Of a DNA stretch of 54,137 nt, positions 1 through 11,500 are shown one piece after another. The notes beneath the pieces are model-generated. The model saw nothing but the letters and a program-made list of their open reading frames with translations. It made no database searches and was not told the DNA's origin. A program made the translations under genes and the position numbers. The stretch is from a virus (taxonomy: Duplodnaviria; Caudoviricetes), in IMG/VR virus record IMGVR_UViG_3300027963_000098, positions 1 through 54,137 of that record; one strand, 5' to 3'. Positions within the stretch are counted from its first letter, which is position 1, and every line of letters starts with the position of its first letter.

Positions 1-388
1 AGTTGCTTTGGAAGTTGTGGATTACGAAAACTCCACATCAATTGCTTCATCTTCACGGATGACTGTGGCTTATCCGGGCATTTATAACCTTCAATGGTCT
101 GCTCAAATTCTTAACTCTGATTCTGTGACGCGAAGCCTTAGCGTTTGGTTGAAAAAGAATGGCACTGATGTAGTTGGTTCCACAAGGAACACTTTAGTGC
201 AGGCTGGACAGGCAAACGGTGCTTGGAATTATTACATTCAATTAGCCGCAGCAGACTATATTGAAATTTACTGGTCTACCAACAACGCATTGGTAACGCT
301 GCAAACATACGCTGCGCAAACAACACCAACACGCCCAACCACACCATCAGTAATTGCCACTCTTTCTTTTGTATCAGCAATACCATAA
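1..388 (+). CDS. C-terminal fragment of a tail/virion beta-sandwich protein (gene begins before the window)
   Basis: Frame open from the window start to TAA at 388; GIYNLQWS...LAAADYIEIYW pattern resembles C1q/BclA-like phage tail domains. Confidence 0.55.
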   Translation, partial: VALEVVDYENSTSIASSSRMTVAYPGIYNLQWSAQILNSDSVTRSLSVWLKKNGTDVVGSTRNTLVQAGQANGAWNYYIQLAAADYIEIYWSTNNALVTLQTYAAQTTPTRPTTPSVIATLSFVSAIP

Positions 389-412
389 GTACTAGCAAAA
401 TAAAAGGCAACA

Positions 413-2167
413 ATGGATAATACAGCCATGAACCAAACACACCACATGAAACCGATTGCTGCTGGTCTGGCTGGCCTTGGCCGGAATGGCGACTCCATGC
501 TTGTTCATATGCAACCGCGAGAGGTTGCTGGCCTTCAACGACTGGCTATGGCGCATGGCGGTTCACTTACAACCAACCCAGAAACTGGACTTCCCGAAGC
601 AAGCTTCTTAGGGGATGTGCTTGGCGCTGTTGCGCCGATTGCCTTGGGCTTTGCTCTTGGCCCCGCGGGGTTAGGGTTAAGTAGCCTTCAGGCTGGCCTT
701 GCAGTGGGTGCATTGGGTTGGGCAGCTAGTGGTAGTTTAAGTAAAGGTATTATGTCTGGCCTTGGTGGATATGGTGGTGCAGGACTTGGAGGTACATTAG
801 GAAAACTTGGGTCTACTGTAACGGCGGTTCCTGAAACAGCAGCTACTCCCTTACTTGGTGGGTCTGCCGCAGCTTCTAGTGCGCCTTCTCTTACTTCTTC
901 TGGTTTATCCGGTGCATTTGAGGTCCCCTTAGCAGGTGGCACACCATTAGTTACAAATGCCGCTCCATATGTTATGCCAACAGCAAACCAAGTTGCTGCG
1001 GGTGTTACCAACGCAGCGGGAACTGTTAATCTTGCTAATACTACAGTGGCTGGCGCACCTAGTGTACTTGGTGGCCTTAAATATGCCGCTGCTAACCCTC
1101 TAGAATTTATCAAAAACAACCCCGGCGCTGCCTTTACCGCTGCTTCCCCGCTCCTCGCCGCCGCAGCCGCGCCGCCGGAATACAAACCCCCCGCAGCCGA
1201 AGAAAAAACTCCGTACGAAGGTCCGTACTATCCGACTCAACGTGACGCTCGATTCCCCACTCAAGAAGAACGTCAACAACTTGGCACTAAAGAGTATCAA
1301 TACTTTAATCCCACACATCCCTATCCGGGCTATGAAAAGTACGACCCTAACTACCGTGGTTACGCTGAAGGCGGCGATGTAAACGAAACTCCAGACCCCG
1401 GTAGTGACCCGCGCCAAGATGCGCAAGAAGCCATGCAATATGGTATTGGGGGTATAGCTCAATTTGCTGATGGCGGTAGCACAGCAGAAAAAAACTACGG
1501 CCTTGCTTCTGCTGCCGGTAGTTTCCAAGACCCGAATTCAATTCCATCCACTGCATTCCAAGCTGAACTTGATGCGTATAACAAGAGAGTTAAAGATTTG
1601 AGGGGTGGACCTGTAGATAACGCGCAGTTCCCAAATTCTTTTTTTGCAATGGCTAATCCGGGTATATTTAGACTTTTTAATGGCCTCACCCAAGCGCAAG
1701 CAGAGGCCAAGGCAGGGCCGAAGCCGGTTTGGCAAGCACCACCTGCCACAACTGCACCCTCAGCTCCCCCGCCAGAAGCGATGGCAAACCCCAACTTTAG
1801 CGGCAGCGGCATTACTGCTCTACCTCAACGTCAGCCTACGCAGAACTTGAATCTTGCTCAGGGGTTCTCGGACATGTCTAGAGACATTATTAATTCTGGC
1901 GGTGCATTCGCTAAGGGCGGCTACTTGGATGGTCCCGGCGATGGTATGAGTGATTCGATTCCTGCAACTATTGCTGATAAGCAACCCGCCCGTCTAGCTG
2001 ACGGTGAATTCGTGGTCCCTGCTGATGTTGTATCGCATCTTGGTAATGGCTCTACTAAGGCCGGAGCGCAGCGTCTTTACAGTATGATGGATAAGGTACG
2101 TAAGGCCCGTACTGGTACTACCAAGCAAGGTAAACAAATCAATCCCAACAAGTACATGCCAGCATGA
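413..2167 (+). CDS. Putative ejection/internal virion protein
   Basis: 584 aa, Gly/Ala-rich, hydrophobic N-terminal helices; GRNGDSMLVHM and GPGDGMSDSIPA..LADGEFVVPADVV motifs; lies after the tail genes. Confidence 0.6.
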   Translation: MDNTAMNQTHHMKPIAAGLAGLGRNGDSMLVHMQPREVAGLQRLAMAHGGSLTTNPETGLPEASFLGDVLGAVAPIALGFALGPAGLGLSSLQAGLAVGALGWAASGSLSKGIMSGLGGYGGAGLGGTLGKLGSTVTAVPETAATPLLGGSAAASSAPSLTSSGLSGAFEVPLAGGTPLVTNAAPYVMPTANQVAAGVTNAAGTVNLANTTVAGAPSVLGGLKYAAANPLEFIKNNPGAAFTAASPLLAAAAAPPEYKPPAAEEKTPYEGPYYPTQRDARFPTQEERQQLGTKEYQYFNPTHPYPGYEKYDPNYRGYAEGGDVNETPDPGSDPRQDAQEAMQYGIGGIAQFADGGSTAEKNYGLASAAGSFQDPNSIPSTAFQAELDAYNKRVKDLRGGPVDNAQFPNSFFAMANPGIFRLFNGLTQAQAEAKAGPKPVWQAPPATTAPSAPPPEAMANPNFSGSGITALPQRQPTQNLNLAQGFSDMSRDIINSGGAFAKGGYLDGPGDGMSDSIPATIADKQPARLADGEFVVPADVVSHLGNGSTKAGAQRLYSMMDKVRKARTGTTKQGKQINPNKYMPA

Positions 2168-2580
2168 TGCAAGTCTCTATCGTACCTAAAGAATACGTAG
2201 AAGGATGTTGGAACCAGATTGAAGGGTATCTAGAAGGCGCGGCAAAATATACTTATGGTAGATACACCGTACAAGATATTAAAGATTGCGTAACCGATTA
2301 TGACCATCAACTGTGGATTGCTTTTGAAGGTGACAAGATTTACGGCGCAGTTGTAACAGAGATTGTGAATTACCCCAGATGTAGATTGTTAGCGATGCAG
2401 TTTACTGGGGGGGTTGAGTTAAAGAAGTGGAAGAAGCCCATGCTGGAATTACTACAACGCTGGGCAAGAGATAATGGGTGTGAAAAAATTGAGTCGCCCG
2501 GCAGGCCCGGATGGGCTAGAGTCTTTAGGGATGATGGCTATGAAGCAAAATTTATTACGTACGAACTACCGGTAGGGTAG
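2164..2580 (+). CDS. GNAT-like acetyltransferase-fold virion-associated protein
   Basis: 138 aa; WARDNGCEKIESPGRPGWARV resembles the GNAT-like protein found among podovirus ejection genes. Confidence 0.55.
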   Translation: MMQVSIVPKEYVEGCWNQIEGYLEGAAKYTYGRYTVQDIKDCVTDYDHQLWIAFEGDKIYGAVVTEIVNYPRCRLLAMQFTGGVELKKWKKPMLELLQRWARDNGCEKIESPGRPGWARVFRDDGYEAKFITYELPVG

Positions 2581-2595
2581 TTTAAGGAGCAGAAA

Positions 2596-3579
2596 ATGGG
2601 TAAGGGAAGTAAGGCACCGTCGCAACCGACAAGTCAAACTGTAACGCAGACCAATCTGCCTGCGTACCTCGAACCGTACGTTCTTAATATCGCTAAACGT
2701 GCAGAGGCGGAATCCTACCGTCCTTATCAAACGTATGGTGGCGAACGCACTGCTGGCTTCACTCCCGCCCAAGAAGCTCTTCAATCTGAAACTCTAGGAT
2801 TACAAACTCCGGGTCAATTTGGTGCCGCTACTGCAGGCGCCGGTGCTACTGGAATGCTGGGATTGGGCGCCGCTCAACGTGGGTTGAATGCTGCATTTGG
2901 TAACACCGCCGACTACATGTCGCCCTACATTCAAGGTGCGTTGAACCCGCAGATTCGTGAAGCCAACCTCCAAGCAGACTACGCCAAGCGTAACGATGCC
3001 CTGCAGAGCATGCGCGGGGGTTCTTTTGGCGGTAGCCGTCAAGCCCTTATGGCCGCTGAACGTGAGCGCAATGCTAACACGATGGTCGGTGACATCCTTG
3101 GTCGTGGCTATCAGTCGGCCTTTGATGCTGCGCAACGTCAACAACAGTATCTTGGCGGGCTTGGTATGCAGGGGCTCCAGCAAGCTGGTACCGCTTCGCA
3201 GCTTCTGGGCAATCTAGGCACTGCCGAACAACAAGCAAACGTTCAACGACTTGGCCTTCAGTCACAAACCGCTGCGCAAGCACAGGCTCTTGAACAACAA
3301 AAACTTGATACAGCGTATCAGGACTTTCTGCGCCAACGTGACTACCCAAAAGAACAACTAGGCTTCTACAGCAACATCATTCATGGTTTGCCACAGCAGA
3401 TGGGTTCAACACAACTTACTTATCAACAGGCGCCTAACTTTGGTGCGCAACTACTAGGCGGTGCCGCTAGTTTGTATGGTTTAGGTAGCAAAGCTGGCGT
3501 ATTTGCTGAAGGTGGTGAAGTTGAGGGTATTCCGGGCCTTGCTGGTCTCGGCCTGTATAACGCGATGAATAGGGGTTAA
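2596..3579 (+). CDS. Putative DNA transfer/ejection protein
   Basis: MGKGS start, Gln/Ala/Gly-rich, YMSPY and GGSFGGSRQAL motifs; AAGGAG RBS. Confidence 0.6.
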   Translation: MGKGSKAPSQPTSQTVTQTNLPAYLEPYVLNIAKRAEAESYRPYQTYGGERTAGFTPAQEALQSETLGLQTPGQFGAATAGAGATGMLGLGAAQRGLNAAFGNTADYMSPYIQGALNPQIREANLQADYAKRNDALQSMRGGSFGGSRQALMAAERERNANTMVGDILGRGYQSAFDAAQRQQQYLGGLGMQGLQQAGTASQLLGNLGTAEQQANVQRLGLQSQTAAQAQALEQQKLDTAYQDFLRQRDYPKEQLGFYSNIIHGLPQQMGSTQLTYQQAPNFGAQLLGGAASLYGLGSKAGVFAEGGEVEGIPGLAGLGLYNAMNRG

Positions 3580-3581
3580 TC

Positions 3582-5582
3582 ATGAGTATCCAACAAAACA
3601 TGACCCCAATCTCAAATCCGTTATCGCCCAAACTTGAGGCGATGATTAAAAACCTTACTACGCCGCAGCTTATGGACTTGTATAAGCGGCAAGCTACCAA
3701 CCCTAAACCCGACTATAAACTTACCCTTATTCTCGGCGAATTAAACAACCGAGAAGACCTCGATAAAAAGATGCAACAAATGCCCACTAGTACGGTGGCG
3801 CAAGACGTTATGCAGCGGGCTATGCCGCAGCCGCAACAACAAATGCCACAGCAACAAATGCAGCCTCAGATGCAGCCGCAACAACCTGTGATGCAAGCTG
3901 CGCATGGTGGTTTGGCTGAACTTCATGTACCCGACCACATGTTCCAAGAACATAACATGGCCGGTGGTGGCATCGTTGCGTTTGATGAAGGCGGGCACGT
4001 GCCGCGATTTGACGGTGTTACCAATGGTAGTTTGGTTTCAACTATGCCCAACTATGCGTCTAGTTTACAAGCATACCAAAATAGACGCGCTCAAATTATG
4101 CGCAGGTTGCAAGAGTTGGAAAGCTCGGGCCAAGCACAAATTGATGAAGATAGAGCAGGTATGCTTAACGCTATAGAGGCTCCGGGCCGCTGGTCTACTA
4201 ATGCTGCTGCTAATCTTGTTGAAGGTGTCGGTGGCCTTGCATCCAGAGTTGGTAACTTCTTCACTGGCAAGCCAACCTATGAAGCTAGAAAACAGCCACA
4301 CTATCCTAAACAGGAACCAGAGTCTGAAAAGCTTCGCGCAGAGTTGGAAAACATTGACGCTGCTTTGGCACAGACGGAATACCAAGGAAACCTCCCAATA
4401 AAGAACCCAACCGCCGCAGCTCCCGCTGCCGGTCCCGCCGCTGGTCCCGCTGGTCCACAAGTTCCTGCTGGTCCGGGTTTGCCCTCGCTACCCAGTATTT
4501 CAACCAAGCTTGGCCGGGCCACCAGCCTCTATACTCCTGAAGTTCTTCGACAACTGGAAGAAAGTCGGAAGCCGGTTTATTTGGATGAAAAAACTTATGT
4601 TCCTCCTGAGCTTTCAGTAGATGACGCAGCAAAGCGAGTAAAAGATGTACAAGCAGCGTTTGGTGTAAGCGAAAAACCTTACGAAGAACAATCTGCTCGC
4701 CTTAAGAAACGTGGAGAAGACCTTGAAGCTAAGGGCGCTCAAAATAAATGGGACGCTTTGATTGCTGGTGGCCTCTCTATGATGGCTAGCAAAAATCCGA
4801 ATTTCTTAGCTGCTCTTGGTGAAGGTGGTATTAAAGGGCTTCAAACATACACAGACGCGCAAGACAAGCTTGAGGCTTCGCGTGAAAAACTGGATACCGC
4901 ACAGTTCGCCCTTGCCGACGCACAAAACCGCTTCCGTCAAGAAGGTAGTAAAGAAGCTGCCGCTGACCTTAGAGAAAACCGCAACGAAATTAGAGCCGCC
5001 AAGCGAGAGTTTGCAAGAGACAAAGTTACTGCGGACCGCGCAGCAAACGTATTTAAACGGGATGATATTAAAACTGTAATTACTGAAGAAGGGCGCGTGC
5101 AAACAACAAATCTTGGGCAAGAATCCAAAGAAGCGGACCTTCAATATAAGCAAGCTGAAATTGCGCTACAAAGAGCTGGCCTCAACATTCAAAGCTTTAA
5201 TGCACAGACACAACGAATCGTGGCACAACGGCCCGACCTTGTTTCTACTGTCCTTTCTCAATTACAAAGCGACCCGACATATCAAGCAGCGGATGGTCAA
5301 ACTAAAGCAGATATGTTTGCTAAGGTCATTTCGGGTACTAAGGCGCAAGGCACTAGCGGTCTTTCAAGACAAGTTCTTATAAGTATGGACCGTGCAAGAG
5401 AAAGATTTCTTATGAATCCGCGTTATCTCAAAGCCCAAAAAGATGGGGATAAGAAGACAATGCAGGAAATTGAACAAGAAGAATTTAGAAAAATTCCGGG
5501 TTATGATGCAGTAATAAGCGGTCTTTCTACTGCTGGCGGGGCTTCTTCTCGTGCTGTATCGTATAACGACCTTCCCGACTAA
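3582..5582 (+). CDS. Putative internal virion/ejection protein
   Basis: 666 aa, coiled-coil with Gln/Pro linkers; ALIAGGLSMMASKNPNFLAALGEGG segment; synteny. Confidence 0.55.
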   Translation: MSIQQNMTPISNPLSPKLEAMIKNLTTPQLMDLYKRQATNPKPDYKLTLILGELNNREDLDKKMQQMPTSTVAQDVMQRAMPQPQQQMPQQQMQPQMQPQQPVMQAAHGGLAELHVPDHMFQEHNMAGGGIVAFDEGGHVPRFDGVTNGSLVSTMPNYASSLQAYQNRRAQIMRRLQELESSGQAQIDEDRAGMLNAIEAPGRWSTNAAANLVEGVGGLASRVGNFFTGKPTYEARKQPHYPKQEPESEKLRAELENIDAALAQTEYQGNLPIKNPTAAAPAAGPAAGPAGPQVPAGPGLPSLPSISTKLGRATSLYTPEVLRQLEESRKPVYLDEKTYVPPELSVDDAAKRVKDVQAAFGVSEKPYEEQSARLKKRGEDLEAKGAQNKWDALIAGGLSMMASKNPNFLAALGEGGIKGLQTYTDAQDKLEASREKLDTAQFALADAQNRFRQEGSKEAAADLRENRNEIRAAKREFARDKVTADRAANVFKRDDIKTVITEEGRVQTTNLGQESKEADLQYKQAEIALQRAGLNIQSFNAQTQRIVAQRPDLVSTVLSQLQSDPTYQAADGQTKADMFAKVISGTKAQGTSGLSRQVLISMDRARERFLMNPRYLKAQKDGDKKTMQEIEQEEFRKIPGYDAVISGLSTAGGASSRAVSYNDLPD

Positions 5583-5590
5583 GGATTGCT

Positions 5591-8500
5591 ATGGATGTTC
5601 GGATGCCAGATGGCACCATTATCAGTGGTGTGCCAGATAATATAACTAAGTCTGAACTTCTGCGCCGGTATAGCGCGTATCAAAAAACACAAGAAGAACC
5701 GGAACCGACCAAAGATACCGGCCTGCTAGATATGACAGGCCGTGCTGTTATGCGCGGGGTTAAGCAGCTTGGGTCTACTTTCGGGGATGTCATTCCCGCT
5801 ATGGCCGCTTCTGCTGTTGGTGAAGATGAATACGCCAAGCGACAGATGGAAGAAGCTGCCGCCACGCAAAAAGAAATTAAAGAGAAGTATGCACCGCGAT
5901 ATGAAAGCTATCGTGATGTTAAGGGTCTTGGGGATGTGCTTCCGTATATCTTAGAGACTGGCGCAGAGCAGGTTCCCAACATTGCTTCGGTTCTTCTACC
6001 CGGCGGTGTCGCAGGTATGGGAGGTCGCGCCCTTGCTGGCCGTACAGCTACTGAAGCACTAGCGGCTCGCGCTGCTGAAAAAGGAATGACCGAGGAAGCC
6101 GCTGCTAATTTAGCAGCACGTGTACTTCCTAAAGCAGAAAGAACTGGTCAGCAATTTGGTCAGGCTGCTGGTGTGTATCTTGGTTCATACGCACTTAATT
6201 CCCCCGAAGTATTCCAGAATATCTATGAAAGGACTGGCAAGCTAGAACCGGGTGCTGCCGCTTTGGCTGGCTCCGTGTCCGCTGCATTGGATTCGGTGTT
6301 CCCTGCGTATGCGCTAAATAAACTTACCCCCGGCGTTAAGGCTGGGGTTGTTGAACGAATCCTTGAACGCTCTGGTATGAAGCCGGGCATTGCAAGAGGT
6401 GCCGCAGCCGATGTTATTACCGGTGTTGCAACCGAAGGCCCGACGGAAGCCGCGCAAGAGGCGATTAGCATTGCAGCAGAAAAGTTTGTGGATGACCATG
6501 CAGATGTATGGAATAGTCAAGATTTTCAAAGGGTAGTGGACGCTGGCGTTGCTGGAGCTGCTGGTTCTGTGTTGTTTGGTGGAGTGTCAGGTGCTGCTCG
6601 TGGTTATATGCAGAAGAAAGCCGGAGAAACCCCGCCCGCTGCTGAAGCTCCACCTCCACCTTCTAAGAATGCTTACGACGAAGCAGACCAGCATGACCTT
6701 GATTTAGAACAAGAAGCTGTTCGTCAAGCTCGTGGTGAAACCGCACCGCCTCCGCCCGCACCGCCTAGTACTGTAGACCGACTTGCAGAAGAAGCTTTCC
6801 CGTCAATGGAGACCCTGCAAGCTAAGTACGATGAGCTGGAAAAAGAAAGAAAGTCTTTATTAAAGCAAGAACAAAATGAGCAAGTACAAGCTCGCTTGCA
6901 AGAGATTGACGCGCAGCAAGAACAGATTGCTGGAGAACAAGACCAGCTAGAAAGCCGACTGCAGCAGCGCCTTGACAATCCCCCCCGTATGCCTTCCGCT
7001 CCCCTTGCATCTATGGGGCCACAGCAAGGGCTTGATTTTGGTGAGGCAGTTTCACAAGAAGAACGAACAGCACCGCAAACCACTACTGGAGAAGCCCCGC
7101 AACAAGGGCTGGACCTTGGTGCTCCTGTTGAAAAACCGCAAGCACCGCCCACCATTGAGACGGTTAAACCCGCTGAACAGTTAGTTACGGATGTAAGTGC
7201 GGCACCGTTGGAGCGGTTTCTTGCGGCTATTAAGCCTAGCTCTCCTTCCGAACTTGAAATTAAGAAACAGCGTAGTGCCCTTTTAGAAGACAAGGGTCTT
7301 ATTCGTGCTATCCGCGATATGTACGAAGACCTCAAGGCAGATGACAAAGAACTGCCGTACTACACCGAACTTATCAAAGAGTTCTTCAATAAATACTTAA
7401 AGCCGCTCAGTCCGGAAAGACTTAAAGAGTTTGAGAACTTTGACAAGCTGTCGGCAGAGGAACAAAAGCAGTTTTTAGCCAGCGCCACCAACCTACCCGA
7501 CCTTACCACATACGACGGGGTCAACAAGCTCAAACTTGCGTTCAATGACTTTGTTTCAGAACAGCAACTTAAAGGCTTAGGCATAACCCCGAGCACCAAC
7601 GCATACGCGCAAGCAAAACAAACACTGCGGAAGCTAAAGGAAAAAGTTAAGTCTGGCCTCAAGAACTTGGATAAGGCAGAGCGTGCGGCCAATGACTATT
7701 TCCGCCGGTTTAATTTCGATACTGCTCTTCGTGCAGCCGCCTTTGATATGGCGTATGGCACGCCGCGTAATGAGTTGTTTAGTGGGCAGGGTGCCGATTA
7801 TGCCCCATTCTTTCAAGAGTGGTTACTTACTAATGCTTCTCCAGAAGTAAACCGCAAGTTTGAACAGTACCGCCGTGCGTATGAACATCTTGCTACCCGT
7901 GATGCAGAAATCGACCGGCAACGGGAAGAGCGAAGTGAGCATCTAGAATCAGAAGCAGAAACCGTGCGTGAGTACGAGGAAGCCGAAAGAGAATCACGGC
8001 TTGGCCCCTTTGCTACTTCTGAAAAGGTATCCGGCTCCTTAACTCAAATGATGCACCCGGCAGTAGTTGGGGCCATTGAAAGAAACGACTTAAACGACGC
8101 TCTTAGAACGCTATTAGCTGTTCAAAAGAAAAACCTAACTCCATATCAGAAGCAGCTTATCACTAAGTTGCTGTCACTTAATCTTCAAACGTCTATTGGC
8201 TACAACAAACTTAACGAAAGCTATGAACATTTAGTAGATTCAAATTCATGGATTTTTAATTCTGCTGTTAATATCTATCATCAATTAAAAAATCTTGCAC
8301 CATATTACCCGCGTATAAATATGTATGTAAAAAGATTAGATGAAGTATATTCAAATTCCCCGACTAATACTGGTATAATTACAGGGATGTATTATACAAT
8401 TTCTAATATTATAGATTATAATAACCAAAATCAGATTATTCCACAGAATCTCTTTGATGAAATAAAAGAGCTTGGGAAAATACTAAAACGCGAAAATGAG

Positions 8501-11500
8501 ATTATAGAGGACTCTTGGGGCGTTTACTTTCCTGAGATAGATTCAATTTCATTAAATACTCTCAATAATATGGGTGCTAATTCTGTGTATGTATTTCTGC
8601 ACGAAGTTATGCACGCGGCAACTTCTAGAGTTTTAAATGACCCTTCAGCCTACGGCGCTCGGCAGCAAGAAGCAGCGTTTGAGCTAAAGAAACTGTACGC
8701 GCATTCTAAAGCTATTTCTAAACTCGATAAGTATGGATTTACAGACATTCACGAATTTGTATCTGAAGCATTTACAAATCACGAGTTTCAAAAAGTTCTT
8801 CAAGCGATTCAATACAAAAATACTTCTAAGTCTTGGTGGGATAAGTTTGTTCAGTTCTGTATGCAGATGTTTGGCGTTGATAATGTGCTTGGTCAGACAA
8901 TCATCCAAACCCAAGCTTTATTCGATGCACCACATAATAGGTTTGGTTTGGGCAGCCCCAACGCTGCCATGCGTGGGTACTACGAGAACAATTCAAACGA
9001 ACAGCCCGGCGCTATCCGTAACATCAGCAATCAAATCAGAAACTCCAAAGAATTCAACGATATTAAGATGATTCTTTCTGAGCTTTGGTCAACCATGAAA
9101 GACCAGACTCGAAAGTATTTCTTGGGCGCTTTTACTCTGCGTCAGCTCGAAGAAATGATTGGCATCGAGTACAACAGACTGACTGGAGAATTTGAAACCA
9201 AGGTCCCTCAAATCTCCTTGCTAATCAAGAATATCGAAGATATGCAGGATAGCCGTAACAAGACTATCCAAAAGGGTAAGCCTATTCTTGACAAACTAAT
9301 GAAGTTGTATTCGTCCAATAAGGCTACATCAGAACTGCTTACCCGCCTCATCCAAACGTCTACTGTTGAACAACTGGACCCATCTGTAGCAAACCCTGCC
9401 ACCCCTGCTGACAAAGAGAAAGCGGCGCTCCTAAAGCAGTTGACTGCAGATTGGGAGGCTCTTGGCAAGATGAAGGATGGTGCTGCCGCTCAAGAACTCT
9501 ATATTGAGATGCGTGATTTCTTTAGAGAGACCTTAGCAAACTACAAGCGTATTTCTGCGGAACGGGAATACCGCCGCATCATGGGGTCCAAGGAAGCCGC
9601 AGAACGCGCCACTAGAGAGCATGTTGCAAGGCAGTTGTTTGCTTATCGACAGCTATATACGGGCAAAACAGATGAAGAACTTAAAGCGCTCATCGAGTCT
9701 GAAATTGAGCAAGACGCTCAAAAGTTAATTGCTTCGGGTAAGGAAACAATAGATACGGCCACTGCACGAGTGCTAGCTGACAAGAAGATTGAGAGTCAGT
9801 TTAAGGAAATGATTGACCCGTACTTTCCACTCAAGCGGTTCGGGCGTTTTTGGTACAAAGAAGGTACCGGCAAAGACATGAAGTTCTATATGTTTGAGTC
9901 TGCCTATGAACGTAATGAAGCGCTGAAAGACGCAAGGGTGAAAGACCCCAAAGGAAATTTTGCTTCGGGTAACGATGTCCGCAGCATGACATCTACTGCT
10001 CTTCAAAACGCTCGATTGTTTGAAGAGCTTAAAGGGATGGTCACCAATGTAGACGAAAAAGACCCAGAAAAACTTAAGGAAGCTATCTTAGACCAGATGG
10101 GTGAATTGTTTATTACTACACTTCCATCGCAAAGTATTCGTAATATGTTCCTGCATCGTAAAAACGTCCCCGGCGCAAGTGCTGATATGGTTCGTAGTTT
10201 TGCGCATGCTATGTTTCACCTTGGATACCAGCAGGCTCGATTTGAATATGCGCCGCGTATGTTCGACAGTATGGAGGCAGCTCGTAATTTCTTGTCCACG
10301 CAAGGCATAGCCACAACTCCGGAAGAAGATGTAACCCGTCGCACATTGAATGATTACCTTAATGAAGTTCAACGGCGGTTAGATAATGTGCTTAGCCCAA
10401 TGGACCAAGCATCGTGGGTTACTTTTGTATCTAATCTTGGGTTCTTAAATTTCTTGACCTCCCCTGCATCTGCAATCGTGAACATGCTCGCAGTGCCTAC
10501 TATCGGCTATCCGGTGCTTGCTGGTCCGTATGGATGGGGTCCCGCTAGGCAGGCGTATAGCAAGTACATGAAGATGCTTAGTGGTAGTGGGTGGAAAGAT
10601 GAGCTTGGTAACTTTGATGCTCCGTCAATTGGGCGCAATAAGAATCTTACGGAAGTTGAAAAACGTGCCTACCAAGCGTTTATTGATTCTGGCCTTATTG
10701 ACGTATCTATGACGCACGATGTTGCGGGGCTTTCTGAGCAGCCCAGCAATGACTACACGGGCCGGTGGCATAAGGTTATGACTTTTGCTGCGTTCCCATT
10801 CCATAAGGCGGAACGATTTAACCGTGAAGTTACGGCTATGGCTGCGTTTGATTTAGCATACAAATCTAATGGTGGTAATTTTGAAGCGGCTGTAGAGAAA
10901 GCTAAGAACCTTACTTACAAGTCGATGTTTGACTATTCAACTGCTAATAAGCCGCGCTACTTCCAAGGCGACTTACCAAAGGTGCTGCTGCAGTTCAAGC
11001 AATACGCCCAGCATATGACTTATCTGTTGTTCCGCACTGCCTATGAATCTACAAATTTGATTGGGCAAAAAGAGTACGAACAACTTATGGCTGAAGGCAA
11101 AACTGACGAAGCCAATAAAGTCATGAAGGAGTCAATTGAACTTCGCAAAGATGCGCGGCGTACTTTTGCGGGCATGATGGGTATGTCATTCTTGTTTGCC
11201 GGTACGATGGGCATGCCGGTATGGTTTATCTTCTCCGGTATCGCCAATGCTTTTGCTTCTGTGTTCGGTGATGATGACGACGAGTACGACGTTGAAAACT
11301 GGTACAAGAATTGGTTGAACTCAGTGTTTGGTGGTTTTGTAGGCGACTCTATTGCACGGGGTGTTGTACCCCAGATTACAGGGGCCTCACTGTCAGACCG
11401 TATGAGCACCAATCTCACAGATATGTGGTGGCGCGATACCAAGAGAAACCAAGACGAAGTTACAAACACTCAGAATGCAATCATTAATTTGCTAGGCCCT

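Noticed and set aside
3825-4475. Gln/Pro and GPA repeats in the 3582 gene
   Set aside because: Ordinary low-complexity protein linkers.
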